58,559 nucleotides of DNA, filler included, from Sphacelaria rigidula (GCA_964200075.2; 3 parts of 3 records of this genome joined end to end with filler, not necessarily neighbours in it), one strand, 5' to 3'; positions 1 to 13,623 are shown, counted from the first letter of the whole stretch. Numbers and translations are program-made. The notes: generated from the letters alone by a model not told the origin.

Positions 1-611
1 TTTCGCAGTAGTCGCTGAAGCGGTTAGCCACTATGTTCAGGAGCACTTTCCCTGCGTGCGATACCAGAGAGATCCCCCTGTAGTTATTGTTGTTGTATGC
101 GGGCGAAAAATATGTTCGAAGGGAGGGATAAAAATCGTAGATGGTGGCGGGCCGTCCCACCCTGTTCTGGGACAGAAGGGGGCCTCCTGCGCAGTCTACT
201 GCATGCTGCAGATGTCTCTGGTTTGTGTTCCACACAACACTACAGACAGTGTGAAGCTGTGCTGGCAAAATAAGAGAGGTTAGGCAGGCGGCAAGGATCT
301 CGAGTAGAGAAAAAAACATGTTCTTTTAGCTCATGTTATCTATGGATAAACTCTCGTGATTAAAATAAGAAATATGACTAGACGGCAAGTTGCTGTAGTC
401 CATCTGTAGGGGAACAATGGAATATTCGATGGCCGTGATTCGTGAGGATTGCCGCTCCTCTCGGGCCTCAAACACGCGGGGTCAGTCGCCTCGGTGGAGG
501 CTAGCTTACCGTCAGCCCTACTAAAATTCCGATTCTCGTCGTACAGATTCATATCAAGTACGAGTAATATCAACCATGGACATTTGTAGCCCAAAGTCGG
601 TAAACTCTACT

Positions 612-858
612 GCCCTGGTGGCTCGGTTGGTAATCTCGAATCATTCTGACGGTTAAGTCGTGGGTTCGAATCTCGGTGCAGTCACACGATCTGAAAAAAT
701 CATGCAATACTGAAAGAGAAGAGCGACCATGTCGTGGGTACACAAGATTTCAATCCACCGTCAACGATAGAAAGGGACTGCTGAACCCCTCTCTTCAACA
801 ATAAGGCCAGCACCGCAAAACGAAGGTGGAGGTGGAATACTAGAACAAAAGAAGAAGA
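612..858 (+). mobile_element. tRNA-derived SINE, 5' part (Pol III A/B boxes plus body)
   Basis: Starts GCCCTGGTGGCTCGGTTGG (A box) and has GGTTCGAATCTC (B box, about 663-674), with no proper cloverleaf. The downstream body (AAAGGGACTGCTGAACCCCTCTC...GCACCGCA...GAAGGTGG) recurs at 19586-19652. Confidence 0.7.
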
Positions 859-947
859 AATATTCCGGTCTGATAGGTCGTGATTCCAACCATCTTCAAC
901 ACTACTATAGTTGAAATCACGACCTATCAGATTGGAGTTTTCCGTTC

Positions 948-1499
948 GCACCGCACTTTTTCGATCGAGAAATAGTGTGTCAAGGCCGTCGTGTACGGCA
1001 AACAACACATATTTGTACAAAATATGAGGATCCCAATCCGTCTTTAGCCGATTTTCTCCCGTGGATTGATTTTTCGGACCCCACTCCGGTGGGCAACGTT
1101 TTTCGCCTAGCTCTGAGGAAACCAGACCAAGTCTCCGATTCTCTGGACGCTGACTTCAGATTTATCACCTTTCTGCTCCGATCGGGAGACCCCCGCATCT
1201 CCCCCGAATCTGGGGCCTACATCGGGGGAGCGGGAGTCTCCCGATCTGAGCAGAAGGGTGATGAACCAAAAGTCGACGTGTACAGGATCAGAGAATTGAT
1301 CGGGTTTCCTCAGAGTCAGGCGGATAACATTAACATTGCCCAACGGACGGGGGTCCGAAAAATCAATCCACGGGAGAAAATCGGCTGTAGATGGGCTGAA
1401 ATACTCATATTTGTTCAAATACGGATTGGTTGCCATTCAAGATGGTCTAAGGGCGTGTCTTCGCACTTTTTTTTTTCGATCGAAAAAATGTGGCGGTGG
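948..1499. repeat. about 550-bp imperfect palindrome (fold-back/MITE-like element)
   Basis: Arms pair around a loop at about 1208-1221, e.g. GCCGATTTTCTCCCGTGGATTGATTTTTCGGACCCC versus GGGGTCCGAAAATCAATCCACGGGAGAAAATCGGC. ORFs on both strands translate to near-identical peptides (ADFLPWIDFSDP). Confidence 0.9.
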
Positions 1500-3334
1500 A
1501 ATCGATCTCAGCGAAATTTTCTCGTTTTGATGCAGCTGGGTCCAGATAGATTCTCAAGCTTTCAATCGAAGAAAATCAGTGAAATTCGTGAAACGGCACA
1601 TGGTCACTCGTGTACAGTACAGACAGCCTGTACTGTCTGCACTGCTTGCAAGCAGTGTCTCGGGTGCTTGTTTGTGTGTTTCGTTGAGGAGTGAGTATAT
1701 TAAAGAGTAGCGGGCAACGTGCAGTGCAGACAGCTCGGGACTATCAATGCGACGTGAAGAGGACTTTAGCAACGTGCAGCTTTGTCCTGTCTGCACTGTC
1801 CATGAGCGTGCACGCAGCTCGGTTGCCCACCGTACCACGCAGTTCCGTCGCTGATCCCGACCATGAGAGACGATGCGCAAGTTTTCGCCAACAAAAATAA
1901 CGAAAGCATACCCAACTACTGCAGTGTATCTATCCCTGGGCTCAACTCGTACTCTATGCTGCAAGGTTGCGGTGGTAGCTGAGAATGAGTTGGATGGAGT
2001 TTGCTTGGTCCTGTGAACAGGTGTCATTTGGCGTGGTGGTCTGTAAGATACAAGTCAAGTGCCGCTTCGTGCCTTTCAACCGCCTGTTTTCGATCGAAAA
2101 CGGTTGTTTTTTAGAGCTAGTTTTAAACCTCGACGTATTCTTCTCCGTGTGCTGCTAAGCATAATTTTGAGTTGAAACCTCCTGGGAAAACAAACGCGGT
2201 GGACTTATCAGATCGGCGAAAAAATATCTACCGCACTTTTTCGATCGAAAAAAATGGTGCGAAACACGCTCTAAGACACGCCCCGAAGGCCGAAAGTGAT
2301 CACATATGATCTGTTCCTTTCTTCATTTTATTTTATTTTATTATTCTGCTTTTTTTTTACTGCTCCTGACCAAGGGCTGGATTGTTGCAATCAGCTAATG
2401 TGAGATAATCAATAAAAAAATCATCTATCATTGTTCCGGGACAGTAGCAGATTTTCAAAACCGAACGGGATCCCTGCGTGACTGCGTTGGACAGAGGGTT
2501 TGAATTTTTTCTCAGGCACACTCTCGGATAGTTTCGGACCGTTGTTGCTTTTCCCGGCACATCATACTCGCACGCGGTGGTAGGCCTCTTCTCGAGTTCA
2601 GCCAATAAATCAATTTTGTGGACGATCTTGTTCACCCTTGGACGGCGGTGCTTGTAGTCCATCTGGTTCATGCATACTTTTTCAAGTGAAAATGATGACA
2701 ATTCAGCAGGTGACCTACCCTCGCGAGGGCAGGTCGTTTGTTGAATCGGCATCAATTTCATTTGAAGAAAGTATGCGTGATCCAGATGGACTACCTGCAT
2801 CGCGGGCTAAGGATTGATTCACTTTTTTTTTTTTTCTTCAGATTCTCAAACTGCCTCTAGTTGCTGTCTTCTCTTCTCTGTTTTTTTTGGAGGGGGGGAG
2901 GGGAGAAGGCTCCTGCGATACATTTTTTCGTCTTGATATCAACCCTGTCAAGGTTTCAGCTTTTAACTCTTGAAAAGCAGACCGTGTAAAGCTAGCTGGT
3001 CGAACGCCGAAAAATCTTTCAAGCTGGCCCAGCTCGTAGGCGGAGTATTGAGTATTCACATTCATGTTCGTAATTCGTGCGATACTACTACCTCGAACGT
3101 CCAATCTTGCACGCGTCGAACAGCTGATGAGCTACCCAGAATAACTAATGGAAGAAGACTCTCAGATCTCTTGTCCAATAACACAAAGTACGTGACAGCA
3201 GGGTCCGAGAAGGCCAAAGCGCTACCTTTGCGCTTCACCGCGTGCTCAGTGTCCAGTGCTGTGGACAGAGAATTTGGAAAGGGGGCCCCGAAGGAGCTAG
3301 CTCATGATGCAGATCAGAACACTAAGACTGCCTT

Positions 3335-4156
3335 GTATGGCAGTCGCAAAAACGAATCTGTACGCAGATCAGGGGACCTCACATCCGGAAACGCTTTGTA
3401 TGGACCCCAATTTGGCTCAAATCGGGGAAGCTCAGATTCGTTTGTCACGATTTGAGAACGGTTTTACACGAATCTGAGCGCAGATCCGTGGAAAATCGAG
3501 GTCCCCCGAATCTGTAGCAACTGGCGTACGTATGTTGACGTACAGTGATAGGGCAGCAGGCGTTCGGTATTTTTGCAACAACAGCAGTAGACAGTCTCGC
3601 GACAGCACAGATAGTGCCTGCGAGCGCCGGCTGCTGAAGCAGCTCCACACGGGGTTTGACAAGCGGATTAGAAGTGTTGATGCCGTACCGTGATGGCAAA
3701 GTTTCATGCTGCACTGTGCTGCTGTTATGTATCATCATGACGAACGGTGCTGTACTATCCTACACTCTAATGTCGCGGTTGTTGCAGGGTGATGAATGAC
3801 ACTGCACTCGTGAACTCTTGCCGCACACTGTGTACTGTTCTCGCAATACCGACTGTACTATCATGTATTACCACACGGCATTATGGTTTACTGTGACTGT
3901 GGAGTGCACTGCACTGCATTATACCCTAGGCCACCACGGTACGACGCTGCTCGTGAAGGATGATTCCCTCCCTGCCTTTTCTCCGGCTTCACTGTGATAC
4001 CACACCCGCCCAGAAAATGACCGTTCGTGTACAGAACAATTTCAACAAATCTATGAAGCCATACAGGGGTACACACGAATCTGAGTTTCACAAACCTAGG
4101 TCCCCCCGATTTGGCACAGACTCGTGTCCCGCCAGATTCGGGATTGGCTGCCATAC
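3335..4156. mobile_element. non-autonomous TIR element (MITE-like)
   Basis: Left end GTATGGCAGTCGCAAAAACGAATCTG matches the reverse complement of the right end CAGATTCGGGATTGGCTGCCATAC. Internal repeated GAATCTG/GGTCCCCCGA motifs. No coding capacity. Confidence 0.6.
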
Positions 4157-5184
4157 GAGTTGGTCTAATAAGAGGTAAGTTTCAGGTGGCTCATGAGCTG
4201 TTGTGATATAGACGAAGTATAGCTAATTCATTGGCTGGGGTCTCTCAGTATGAGTGCCAGGAGATACCAAGGTTCCAGCTCACCAAGCTCCCAACGTGGG
4301 CACAGTCATTTAGACCTTAGCTATCCATCAAGCACACAACACAATAAGTTCTTGATAAACACTGCTGGGAGGTTAGAGACTCACGTGTTGATAGCATCAT
4401 ATTATACCTACAAGCAGCTCTCTAACTTAGTACAGCCGGGGTGCAGCCATAGACGCAGAGCGTGGCGATGCGCCAGCGTAGTAGAAGTAACCAGGCAAGC
4501 GAGCAAGGCCAGCCAAAAAGTGTCAAGGGTTGGGCTTGCGGCTTCTAGCCGCGCCCAACTTCAGGCAATAATGGCAACAGCGAACGCGATACAACGCGTC
4601 ACGGAACCCAGGGTCTATGAGCAGACGTCGTGATATTTTGCACCGCCTCTGGGCTTCATCACACTCTACGAGGTGTGCAATCTTATCATCCGTGATTCAT
4701 ACGTGATGACTCTTTGGCACATGAATCACTCTCAACATTCATGAGGAGTCGACCCGCGCGAACTCGGATTCTTCCAACCCTCAAAACGTTGTGGGAGAGT
4801 GATCTGGTCAGATCACCAGTATTGATATTACCTGAGATTCCAATACCGAGGTTTTCTGGCAATCTTGGCGCGAGATCACGTGCCACTGTCGGGTAATTTG
4901 GATCTGGGGCGTGATCAGTAAAGAGGCGTTTGGTTTTGTATTGACGATTACAGAGTGGACTCTCCTGTGCTGGTATCTCGGCATCGTGTGACTACACGGC
5001 GCGTTGTACCGCGCAAAAAAAAATAATGCAAGCCACGTGTTGCCCACTTGGGGGCATTTCAGACAAATTTGGTCTCGCCCGAAACGGTGTCGCGGTTGTC
5101 TTTTGAGACAAAAAAGTGAGACATGCCTTAGGTTGCATAAGGCATCACACTTTCATAAGATACCACACCCCCTTCGGAAAATTT

Positions 5185-7146
5185 TAAGGGCGGGTCAAAT
5201 AGAGTATACTCAATACTCGGTATTTTTCAAGAGTTCCACTTTCAGTGCCCAATGTTTGAGTAGAGTGTTTGAGGTCATACCCAGGTGGTACTCTTTACCC
5301 AGATATTGCGAAGAGTGCTTACCCAATGTTTAGGTAGAGTATTTGAGATCGTACTCAATCCACCCGAAATTTGAATATAGTGTTCGATCTGTGTACCCAA
5401 TCTACCCACAATTTGAGCAGAGTATTCGAGGTCGTACTCAATCTACAATCTACCCAAAACTTGAGTAGAGTATTATAGGTGATACTCAATCTACCCCAAA
5501 GTTGGGTAGAGTATTGAAGTCATACCCAAGTACTACTCTATATATATGAAGGTGTTGCTGAGAGTGCTCACCCAATGTTTGGGCAGAGTATTTGAGGTCG
5601 TACTCAATCTACCCGAAATTTGAGTAGAGAATTTGAGGCCGTACCCAATCTACCCAAACTTTGGGAGAAACCCACTCTACCCAAAAATTGAGTGATTGAA
5701 GTCATACCCAAGTCATACTCGACACCCAAGTATTACTGAGAGTGCTTACCCAATAATTTGGTACAGTATTTGAGGTCGTGCTCAATCGACCCGAAAGTTG
5801 AGTGGAGTTTTCGAGGCTGTACCCAATCTACCCAAAAATTGAGTAGAGTATTTGAGGCCGTACCCAATCTATCCAAACTTTGGGTACAGTATCTGAGGGC
5901 GGACCCAATGTAACAAAACCTTGGGTACCACTTTAGTATTCAACGTCGTGCGTAAGTACCTAAACTGGGGTAGAGTGAGTACTGCTATGGGCGGGGCAGG
6001 TCGGTTCATGCACCTGCACACTTTTTTCGTTTTTCAGTTGCTACCATTCGCCCATACTCATTGTAGCCCGTAACGTAACGTCACTCATCTCATGGATAGC
6101 CATCGTTCGCCTATATATTCAACATAGTCTGTGGAGTGACGTCACGAAGTCGCCGACGGTCACGGTTACTCATCATTCCCAAGTAATACTCTGTACGTGA
6201 ATATTACTGAGAGTGCTGACCCAATATTTTGGTAGAGTATGTGAGGTCGAACTCAATCTACCCAAATCTTGATTAGAGTATTGAAGTCATACCCAAGTGA
6301 TACTCTAGTCTCCAGTATATTGATGAGAGTACTTACCCACTATTTTTCTAGAGTATTTGAGGTCGTACTCAATCTACCCAAAATTTGTGTAGAGTATTTG
6401 AGATGATACTCATAAGGCTACTACCCCGTGGTGTGGGAGTGGTGGTCTCAGGAGCCACGGGCTTGGCCGTGGGACGTGCCTAAACAGTTCGTTCTGGTGT
6501 GGAGGAAAACTCCAGGGTTGAGATAAGATGTGCCTCGAGAGGGCTCCGGGAGTGGTGTCTTCTCGAGTCGGAGTATGACTATTACTCCGGAGACGGGAAG
6601 ACATTGACCCGGACGGGATAGGCAATGATCCGGATGGGATAGACATTGACCCGGTCGGGACGGACTAATGTTCCTGAGAACGTTCCCGGAACGATGCCGG
6701 AGATATGAACGTTCCTAGAACGAAGGGGCGGTTGTAGACACGTGGAAGACTTGTAGACTACCCTGGTACTCACATCACCCCCTCAAATATGACAGTGTTA
6801 GCCGGCTACTCCGTCAAATCCAAGAGCCAAAAAATGCGAGTAGAGTATTGAGGTCATACCCAAGTGGTACTCTGTCCCCAGATATTGTCAAGAGTGCTTA
6901 CCCAATATTTGATTAGAGTATTTGAGGTCGTACTCAATCTACCCGAAATTTGAGTGGAGTATTTGAGGCAGTACCCACTCTACCCAAATTTTGAGTAGAG
7001 TATTTGAGGCCGTACCCAATCTACCCAAAATTTGCGTAGAGAATTTGAGGCCGTACCTAATTTACCCAAACGTTGGGTAGAGTAAATACTCGGGTATTTT
7101 TTCCCAAGTATTCAAAAGTATATACTCGACTCGACCTGCCCTTGAA
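5185..7146. mobile_element. TIR element filled with about 41-bp tandem dyad sub-repeats (copy 1)
   Basis: Ends TAAGGGCGGGTCAAATAGAGTATAC and GTATATACTCGACTCGACCTGCCCTTGAA are inverted. Internal unit AGAGTATTTGAGGTCGTACTCAATCTACCCAAAATTTGAGT has a 41-bp period (e.g. 6961 and 7002). A unique core at about 5990-6160 is shared with copy 2. Confidence 0.8.
6404..6786 (-). mobile_element. probable 3' LTR plus polypurine tract of an LTR retrotransposon, nested in the TIR element
   Basis: A 371-bp GC-richer block bounded by TG (6404) and CA (6774) interrupts the 41-bp array. On the minus strand it is immediately preceded by the purine tract GAGGGGGTGA. Confidence 0.5.
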
Positions 7147-8045
7147 GAATTGCACAATACCACACACGTGTGCTATTTTTTTCTAATCCCGACTGTCCCA
7201 CCCCGTTATTATATGGGCAATGTCCTAGAAGAGGTATACCTTCTCGTATTTTACTCAAGAAAGGTACGAAAAATGACCAACAACGCGAAAACAGCAAAAC
7301 ACACAATTTACACACAATTCACTCCGAATTTTTAACGCACAGTAATCGAGGGGCTCCTTGGCATCCGAGCCTCGAAAAATCTTCAGAAAAAAACATGTTA
7401 CTCGCGAGATATGGCCATACGCAGAAAGACGTCCCGCCCCCAGAAACCATTTCCCCTTTTTAGGCCAAATTTCGGCCAGGTATACCTGGTCCAGGAGATA
7501 TTTTTCATTTGTACCTCACCTAGGCCACCAGCCAGCCCAGATGGTACCTGCCCTGGGCCATCGCTTCCCAAACTGTATCTGGTGCGGCACACCCCGCGCA
7601 AGGAAATCTACGCGCCAACTGTAACCATGGTGCCCACGCACTCAGCTCTTTTCCTGCCCATTTGCCGTTCATGATCGCCACAACGACCACACCACCTTCT
7701 GGCCGGAAATGTTTCCCGAGCCTCTCCGCATCGACACAAGAACTGGACTTACAACTCACAACGCTTCGGTCTTTTGCGCTTGCGGAGTGTTACGTAACAT
7801 CGTGCCGTTGCGATCTGGGGCTGGTGTGATGTTCCAACATGCTACTTTCGGACGTTTCATTTGCTGCTCTTCGCTTCCTTGCTCTTGGTCCCCTTGAGAT
7901 GGGCCCTGACCCCAACCAGGGAGCACAACGAGAACCCTCATGCAAGAGGGGTGCAAAGAGTGCCCTACGCAAAGTGTGCGTTGGCAGACCTCCAACAGGC
8001 GCCTGTCACGCCGATTTGGACAAAAACTGCGTTCTGCGCACGCTG

Positions 8046-8577
8046 TGATACTGGGCGCCTGAAGTAATTTTGTTTAGAACGTTTGTTTCTCGCGACTACT
8101 CTTCGATAGAACTCGAAAGTTCTAGCGTCGGTAGATTTTGGCAAAAGGAGCTGATCTTCCCCACCCCGTGCCCAAGTTGGTGTTATTTGGTTTTATCGGG
8201 CGATACGAGTAAATACGCCGTTTTTCAGGATGTTGTTGACCGTGAACCACAGTTTTTCGGCTCTAGTGCAATGAGTAGGTAGAATTTGACAAAAACGAAC
8301 CTGCACATTCTTTCACAAATACGATCGGGACAGGCTCTCTCGACCGAAATTTCCGAAGATTCAGAATATGGGCTGAAACGTGTCAGGACCCCCGATGACC
8401 GGTCAGTCCGTAAGTCGCTCAATGTTGCGTACAGATGTTTTTTTGTTCTTGGAACGTGGAGGGGATATAAGTATCTTCAGATTCCCAATGTGACGAGCGG
8501 TGGCAGGCGAAAGGACCCATGCAAATCGCCACTTACGAAGAAATTACCAAAGTGAACAGTCCAGGCGCCCAGTACTG
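8046..8577. mobile_element. Tc1/mariner-type MITE, copy 1 of the family at 39725-40276
   Basis: Colinear similarity to 39725-40276 (ACTACTCTTCGATAGAA, CAGGACCCCCGATGACC, TGAGCGGTGGCA-like). Ends TACTGGGCGCCTG and CAGGCGCCCAGTACTG. Confidence 0.75.
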
Positions 8578-9639
8578 TAGGAAGCACTCGGGACTGTCTC
8601 TCCCTCACTGAAGCTCCGAATCTCGTTGTTGACACTCAGATCGAGTGATATCAACCATGGATAGGATATCCCCGAATTGGAGCGAATTCTGCTGTGTTTC
8701 GAACAGCGACTTGTACCACACATCAGTGCATGTTCCTCTGCATTTTGCGACGATGGAATGTTTGTGGTGTAAGCGTCTGTGTGCATCGGTGACGCGGTCG
8801 AACGTGTCATTTTCAAATCATCATATTGACGCGTAAAGCTGGTTAAGGTGATATCGGAAACTCCAGTTTCACCCAGATCACCTGAACTTACATCACCGTA
8901 AAAATGGTGATACAGGTTGCCGCGCACGAAAGTCGGCCTTCTAGAAAAGGGTGGTCCGCTAGAACCGTTACCTTCGAGATGGCTTTTTCTTTCAGACCAA
9001 CTCGTACAGCAGGTGATCTGGATGTAAAATGTCACGATTCGCCTGATCACTCATGAGTTTTTTAGACTAACCAAATCACGTGGGCAGGGTTGTTCGACTT
9101 GGCTGGGGCATGGCCACTGTTATATATGGATTACCGGGAATCTTGTGTTCAAAACGGCGACTCTGGGTGAACTGGGTGACAGACAGAGGTGTTGATGTGC
9201 GTGTCTGCTCGCCTTTGTGCACTGCTCAAGTTTTGACAGGATTCTATCCACGTTTGGCTGAGAACGATCGATAGAAGCAGATCGAAGTCCGAAAACTGGA
9301 TACCATCTCCAGAACGTTGTGTGGATGATGACACATGTGTGAACCCTGCCGGAGAACAACACGTCGGAAACGGGGTCTAGCCGTATATTCACACGCTGAC
9401 GTTTGAGGAATTGTGTTCCATAGCAAGGACACCCTTTTGTATCATTTATGCGGTATAGAAAGGCTATCAGTGAGACGTGGGGTCACATTCAGCATGCATG
9501 AGCGTCCGTTTGAAGACGTGCACCAGTATCGAAGTGGCTTCAACGTATTTTTTTTCCTTCTGTTTGACGGCCGAGATGGCAGTGCAAAGTGTGCTGCGAA
9601 AATAAATCGCGGCGTGACAGGAAGATGCCCGGAGATATG

Positions 9640-11100
9640 CCCTGTGACACTAGCAACTTCAACGTCTCCGGCTACGGGGATTTCCGTACTGCCATTGCCA
9701 AGAGGATTATCACCCGCTTGTCAGTGTTGTTGGGCGCGACGAACCAATTCGCCGGCTGCTCCTTGTAATACCGCCAGGGGTTGACGATATAATGCGCAGT
9801 CACCAATTCTCCCTCACCGACTCCTGTCCCAGGGTCGTCATGTGTTCCGCAGATTTGTGTACGACAGGCCGGAGAATCCGTACCCTCGCGTCCTTGCAGA
9901 AAAGTCGGCGCGGAGCGCACTGCCGACACTTTTCACCCTGACCCGCATGATGCCCCTGTCGCCGCCCCACCTGCGATTGTCGCACCTGTGGAGGCCGAAG
10001 AAGCCGTGCCCGCCGTCGCACCAGCCGCCGCCCCACCGGAATTTCCGACCGCATCCCACCGGCCGCCGCTCCACTGAAACGTCCGGCCACCGCTCCTCCA
10101 CTCCCGCCGTCGTGCCCAATGTCGTAAAACCGTCCGCGCTCGCCTCTCCACCAAGCACCACTCGGCGGGAATATTCGGCCACCGCTCCACCGGCGCCTAT
10201 CGGACCTGCCGCGCCCGCCGCTCCACCCATCACCGCCTTACCGAAACCTCCGGCCAGGGCCCCTCCTGCCCCTATCGCGCGTGTCCTGCCTACCGCTGTC
10301 CCCACGGTACCCGCTGCCGCTAACGTATCCGGGCTCGCCACTCCACTCGAGACCACCCCGCTGGATCCTCCGGTTTCTGCCCCATCCGCGTCTGCCGGGC
10401 CCGCCAACTTCATGCGAGGAGCGCCCCCGCTTCAGTAGTAGTACCCCCCGCGTGACTGGCCAGCGAAGGCGACATATCTTTTGTCTTGGCTGAGTCATTG
10501 AGGTGCTGGCAACGCCGTGGATCCATATATCCAATGGACACCCCTGGCGAGGACCGCAGTGGGTGTCACTCCAGATCTTGTCCCGGTCGGCGATTGCAAT
10601 CGCCATTTCATTTCCACCTGCGCGTGGGGAAGCCTGGTGCATGTTGCCCGTCAGCAGAGACTCCACGGAGGAGGGATACTGCCGCAAGTCACATACCTGG
10701 AGCTTCGCTGTCCCCGTTGCTGTTCCACCACTTGGATCGGCGGGACGTCTTTCTCCGCATGTTAGCAAATAGCCAGTAATATCGAACGACTACCGACCCA
10801 CTCCGTGCAGATAGCCTTCGCTAAGTGCACCAATGGCGCTTTCCCTTCACGTTGCAGTGTCGTCTCCGGTGGTTTGTGGTGCATCACCGGCGCGGCCGTC
10901 GGAGTCTGTGAAGAACACGCGTGTTGCGACGGCGTCTGGGCAGCACCTTTTCAGGAAGTAATGCGGGTCGTGAAAATCGTTCGCGCGTTTCGCGGCTGCC
11001 AACCGGAGCAAACACGTGCACAGGTTACACATTGCATTCAAGAAACGGCAGGGTCCGAGGCTTATACGGTTACTGCGGCGCAAAGGAGGAGGAAGTGAAG
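9640..11100 (+). pseudogene. GC-rich decayed ORF region with Pro/Ala-rich segment, probably retroelement-derived
   Basis: Coding-like composition and a Pro/Ala-rich frame (9842-10438) that changes frame and is interrupted by stops. No clear splice structure and no recognisable catalytic motif. Confidence 0.3.
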
Positions 11101-12697
11101 CTCAAACGATAGGCGTTGACAGTCGGCGGCAGACACACACCATGAAATACGTTATAATTCCGCCGGATGTATGCATATAATTCTTGAGCGACATCTGATC
11201 GGTCGGCATCCCCATGCTGCTGACAACAGACGTGAAATGCGTGTGAGTTCGTGTACGGTGCACATGAATAGATGAAGTGAGCGCTACAGTAGGGCCAATC
11301 TGGGTTTGCAAACAACTTGATCTGCAACCAACGAACGCATCTTGGCGCATGATTTCGATTGCCTCCATGACCGAGATCTAATCCATCGGATGCGACGGGG
11401 TTGTACCGATATGTATCGCAGCGATTCCGTCCCAGAACGTTCACCCGACTAACAGTACAGTACTGACTGTAGTATCATCGCTCTTGTATTTGCATAGAGT
11501 CCAGTACAATTAACTCACCTGGTCACAAGCTAGACAGCCGAAACAAGTGAGTGTGCTGGCTTTACAGCGTACAGGTGCGGATATCCAGCACTACTGCACG
11601 ATCGTACTGTTGGTGTTGAATGCCGACGGTAGGGTATCGTTCGTGGTTTCCGTCGTCGAATCACTTGAGTACGGGATTTTGCAATGCAAAATGATGGAAG
11701 GGATCGGGCTGCGGTAGTGCCGATCCATTTTACTCGATAGCTTTACGTGATGCGTGATACTTACGGAGGGAAACGCGACTTGATCCTTCGAGACGACCTC
11801 ATCCTGAAAGATGACGAAGATTGAAAGAACGACGAGAGAATGAATACAACCCGTAGTCCGCCGAACCACACTACCATAGTTCATATCGGTACATCAAAGA
11901 TCGATCAGCGACCGCTCTCATTAGTGGGTTGCTGCAAGGGGGTCGTGGTGTTCTCCGCCCCGCTCCGCCCCGCTCCGCTAAGCGGCTGTTACCCGTGGAC
12001 GACGCTGGTTTGGTACTACTGTACCTTATGCACAAAGTCAAGTACAAGTTGTGTCCACAGCGGCGGTTCTCATTACGTGTCGGGGGGACAAGCTGCTAGT
12101 GTACCTTTCTCTGGCTTACACAGTCCGGTGCTGCACACGTTTTTTTCACGTTCGATGGCGTTCGATATCCCTGCCTGATATACTGAACTGCAATGTAACA
12201 GTCTGAAGCGAAACGAAACAAAACATGCCGACTTGTCCTTAAGCCAGTCGCTCTCTCCCACGATTATCATCTTCTCGATCTCCTTGCGAGTGCAGTCGAC
12301 GTGTGTCAGCGTTCCGACTAAACTAACACTGGAAGAATTATTTTTGCGTTAAATGAAGGCGTAAAACAGTGCGCGGCCACACAAGCACGACTGCTTGTTG
12401 GTGTCTATAAGTGAGTGCCCACCGCAACTCAAATAAGAAAATATTTTTTCCCGCCCCCGTACCGTGGGGACATGCCTTCTTGGATGAACATGGTGGCAAT
12501 TTTCACGAAGTGAACGATAGCCAGACGAGAAGGACAACTCAGCTCACGGGCACATGAGAAAAGGACGAGCAAGTCAGCGTCATCGCGTAGCTCTCGAATC
12601 CACGTGAACAAAAGAAATGGGGAAGTACGATACAGGGGGCAAGAGGTGAAGGAACCTAGAGTGACCACTAACCCCGTATTCATTTATATGTAACACA

Positions 12698-13623
12698 CCC
12701 TGGACAATACAATTTGTGATATATTACCCGCTTAATATGTCGACGCGTCGCGTGTTCAATATTTTTTGGCCGAGCACTATAATGGCACGAGAAACAGTTC
12801 AATATATACAGTGTCATCAATTTGTCAAGGCTCGCGACATGCAATATATATCGAGCGAACAATATATCACGACACGTGCCACATTTTGGCCGAGTAATAT
12901 GTTGGTGCGGTATGGCGCCAATATATATTTCGTCGAGTAGTATATTGACTGCCACACGAGGTCAATGTATGTTGACGATTCCATATACTCAACAGACGAA
13001 GTGCCACTATATATTGCCGTCCCGATATGTCGTGCGTCAATGCATCCAATATATGTTGAGCGAACAATACGCGAGGGATTCGATCGTCACAATATATATT
13101 GGTGGAGCAGTATATATTATTGATTCAAAAGAGATATTGGAAAGTACGTTGGAATTAGCATAGTGGACAGTTCTAGATTCGCGGGTGCCATTGAAAAATG
13201 TATCACCAAATGCCGAAAACGCCCACATCTTTTCCTCCGCGATCGTGTCCGTAGTATATATTTGCCGCACGAGAATCAGCGATGAGCATGCGCAATATAT
13301 GTTGGAAAAGCAATATTTGTGACTGGTTTGTGTTCAATATATGTTATGGGAAAAATATATGACGCGTCGCTTCGACTATATTGACACTTTGATAATGCAC
13401 GGCCGGCATGAATGGCACTCATTGAGCGGTTTGTTCCCGACACAAACGCATGTCCAACACATATCATCACCCATTACTTCACGATCATGACACGATAAAT
13501 ATGTTTTGTTGCTTCAATGTCTCCGAGGACATCTTAACACGATATATACAGGGAGGATAATACATGCTCTGTTTCCAATATAAAGTATTGGTATCAGATC
13601 GGAGCATTTTGTATTGTCCAGGG
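12698..13623. mobile_element. AT-rich non-autonomous TIR element
   Basis: Perfect inverted termini CCCTGGACAATACAA (12698) and TTGTATTGTCCAGGG (13623). Interior rich in ATATAT motifs, non-coding. Confidence 0.75.

Noticed and set aside
612..686. tRNA gene
   Set aside because: A and B boxes are present, but there is no consistent acceptor or anticodon stem and it runs into a dispersed repeat body, so it is treated as a SINE head.
975..1694. 239-aa ORF and its antisense twin
   Set aside because: These are by-products of the palindrome, with no protein-like features.
5240..7090. CRISPR-like array of palindromic repeats of about 41 bp (also 14700-15480)
   Set aside because: Units are contiguous and degenerate with no unique spacers, they are bounded by TIRs, there are no cas genes, and the context is eukaryotic.
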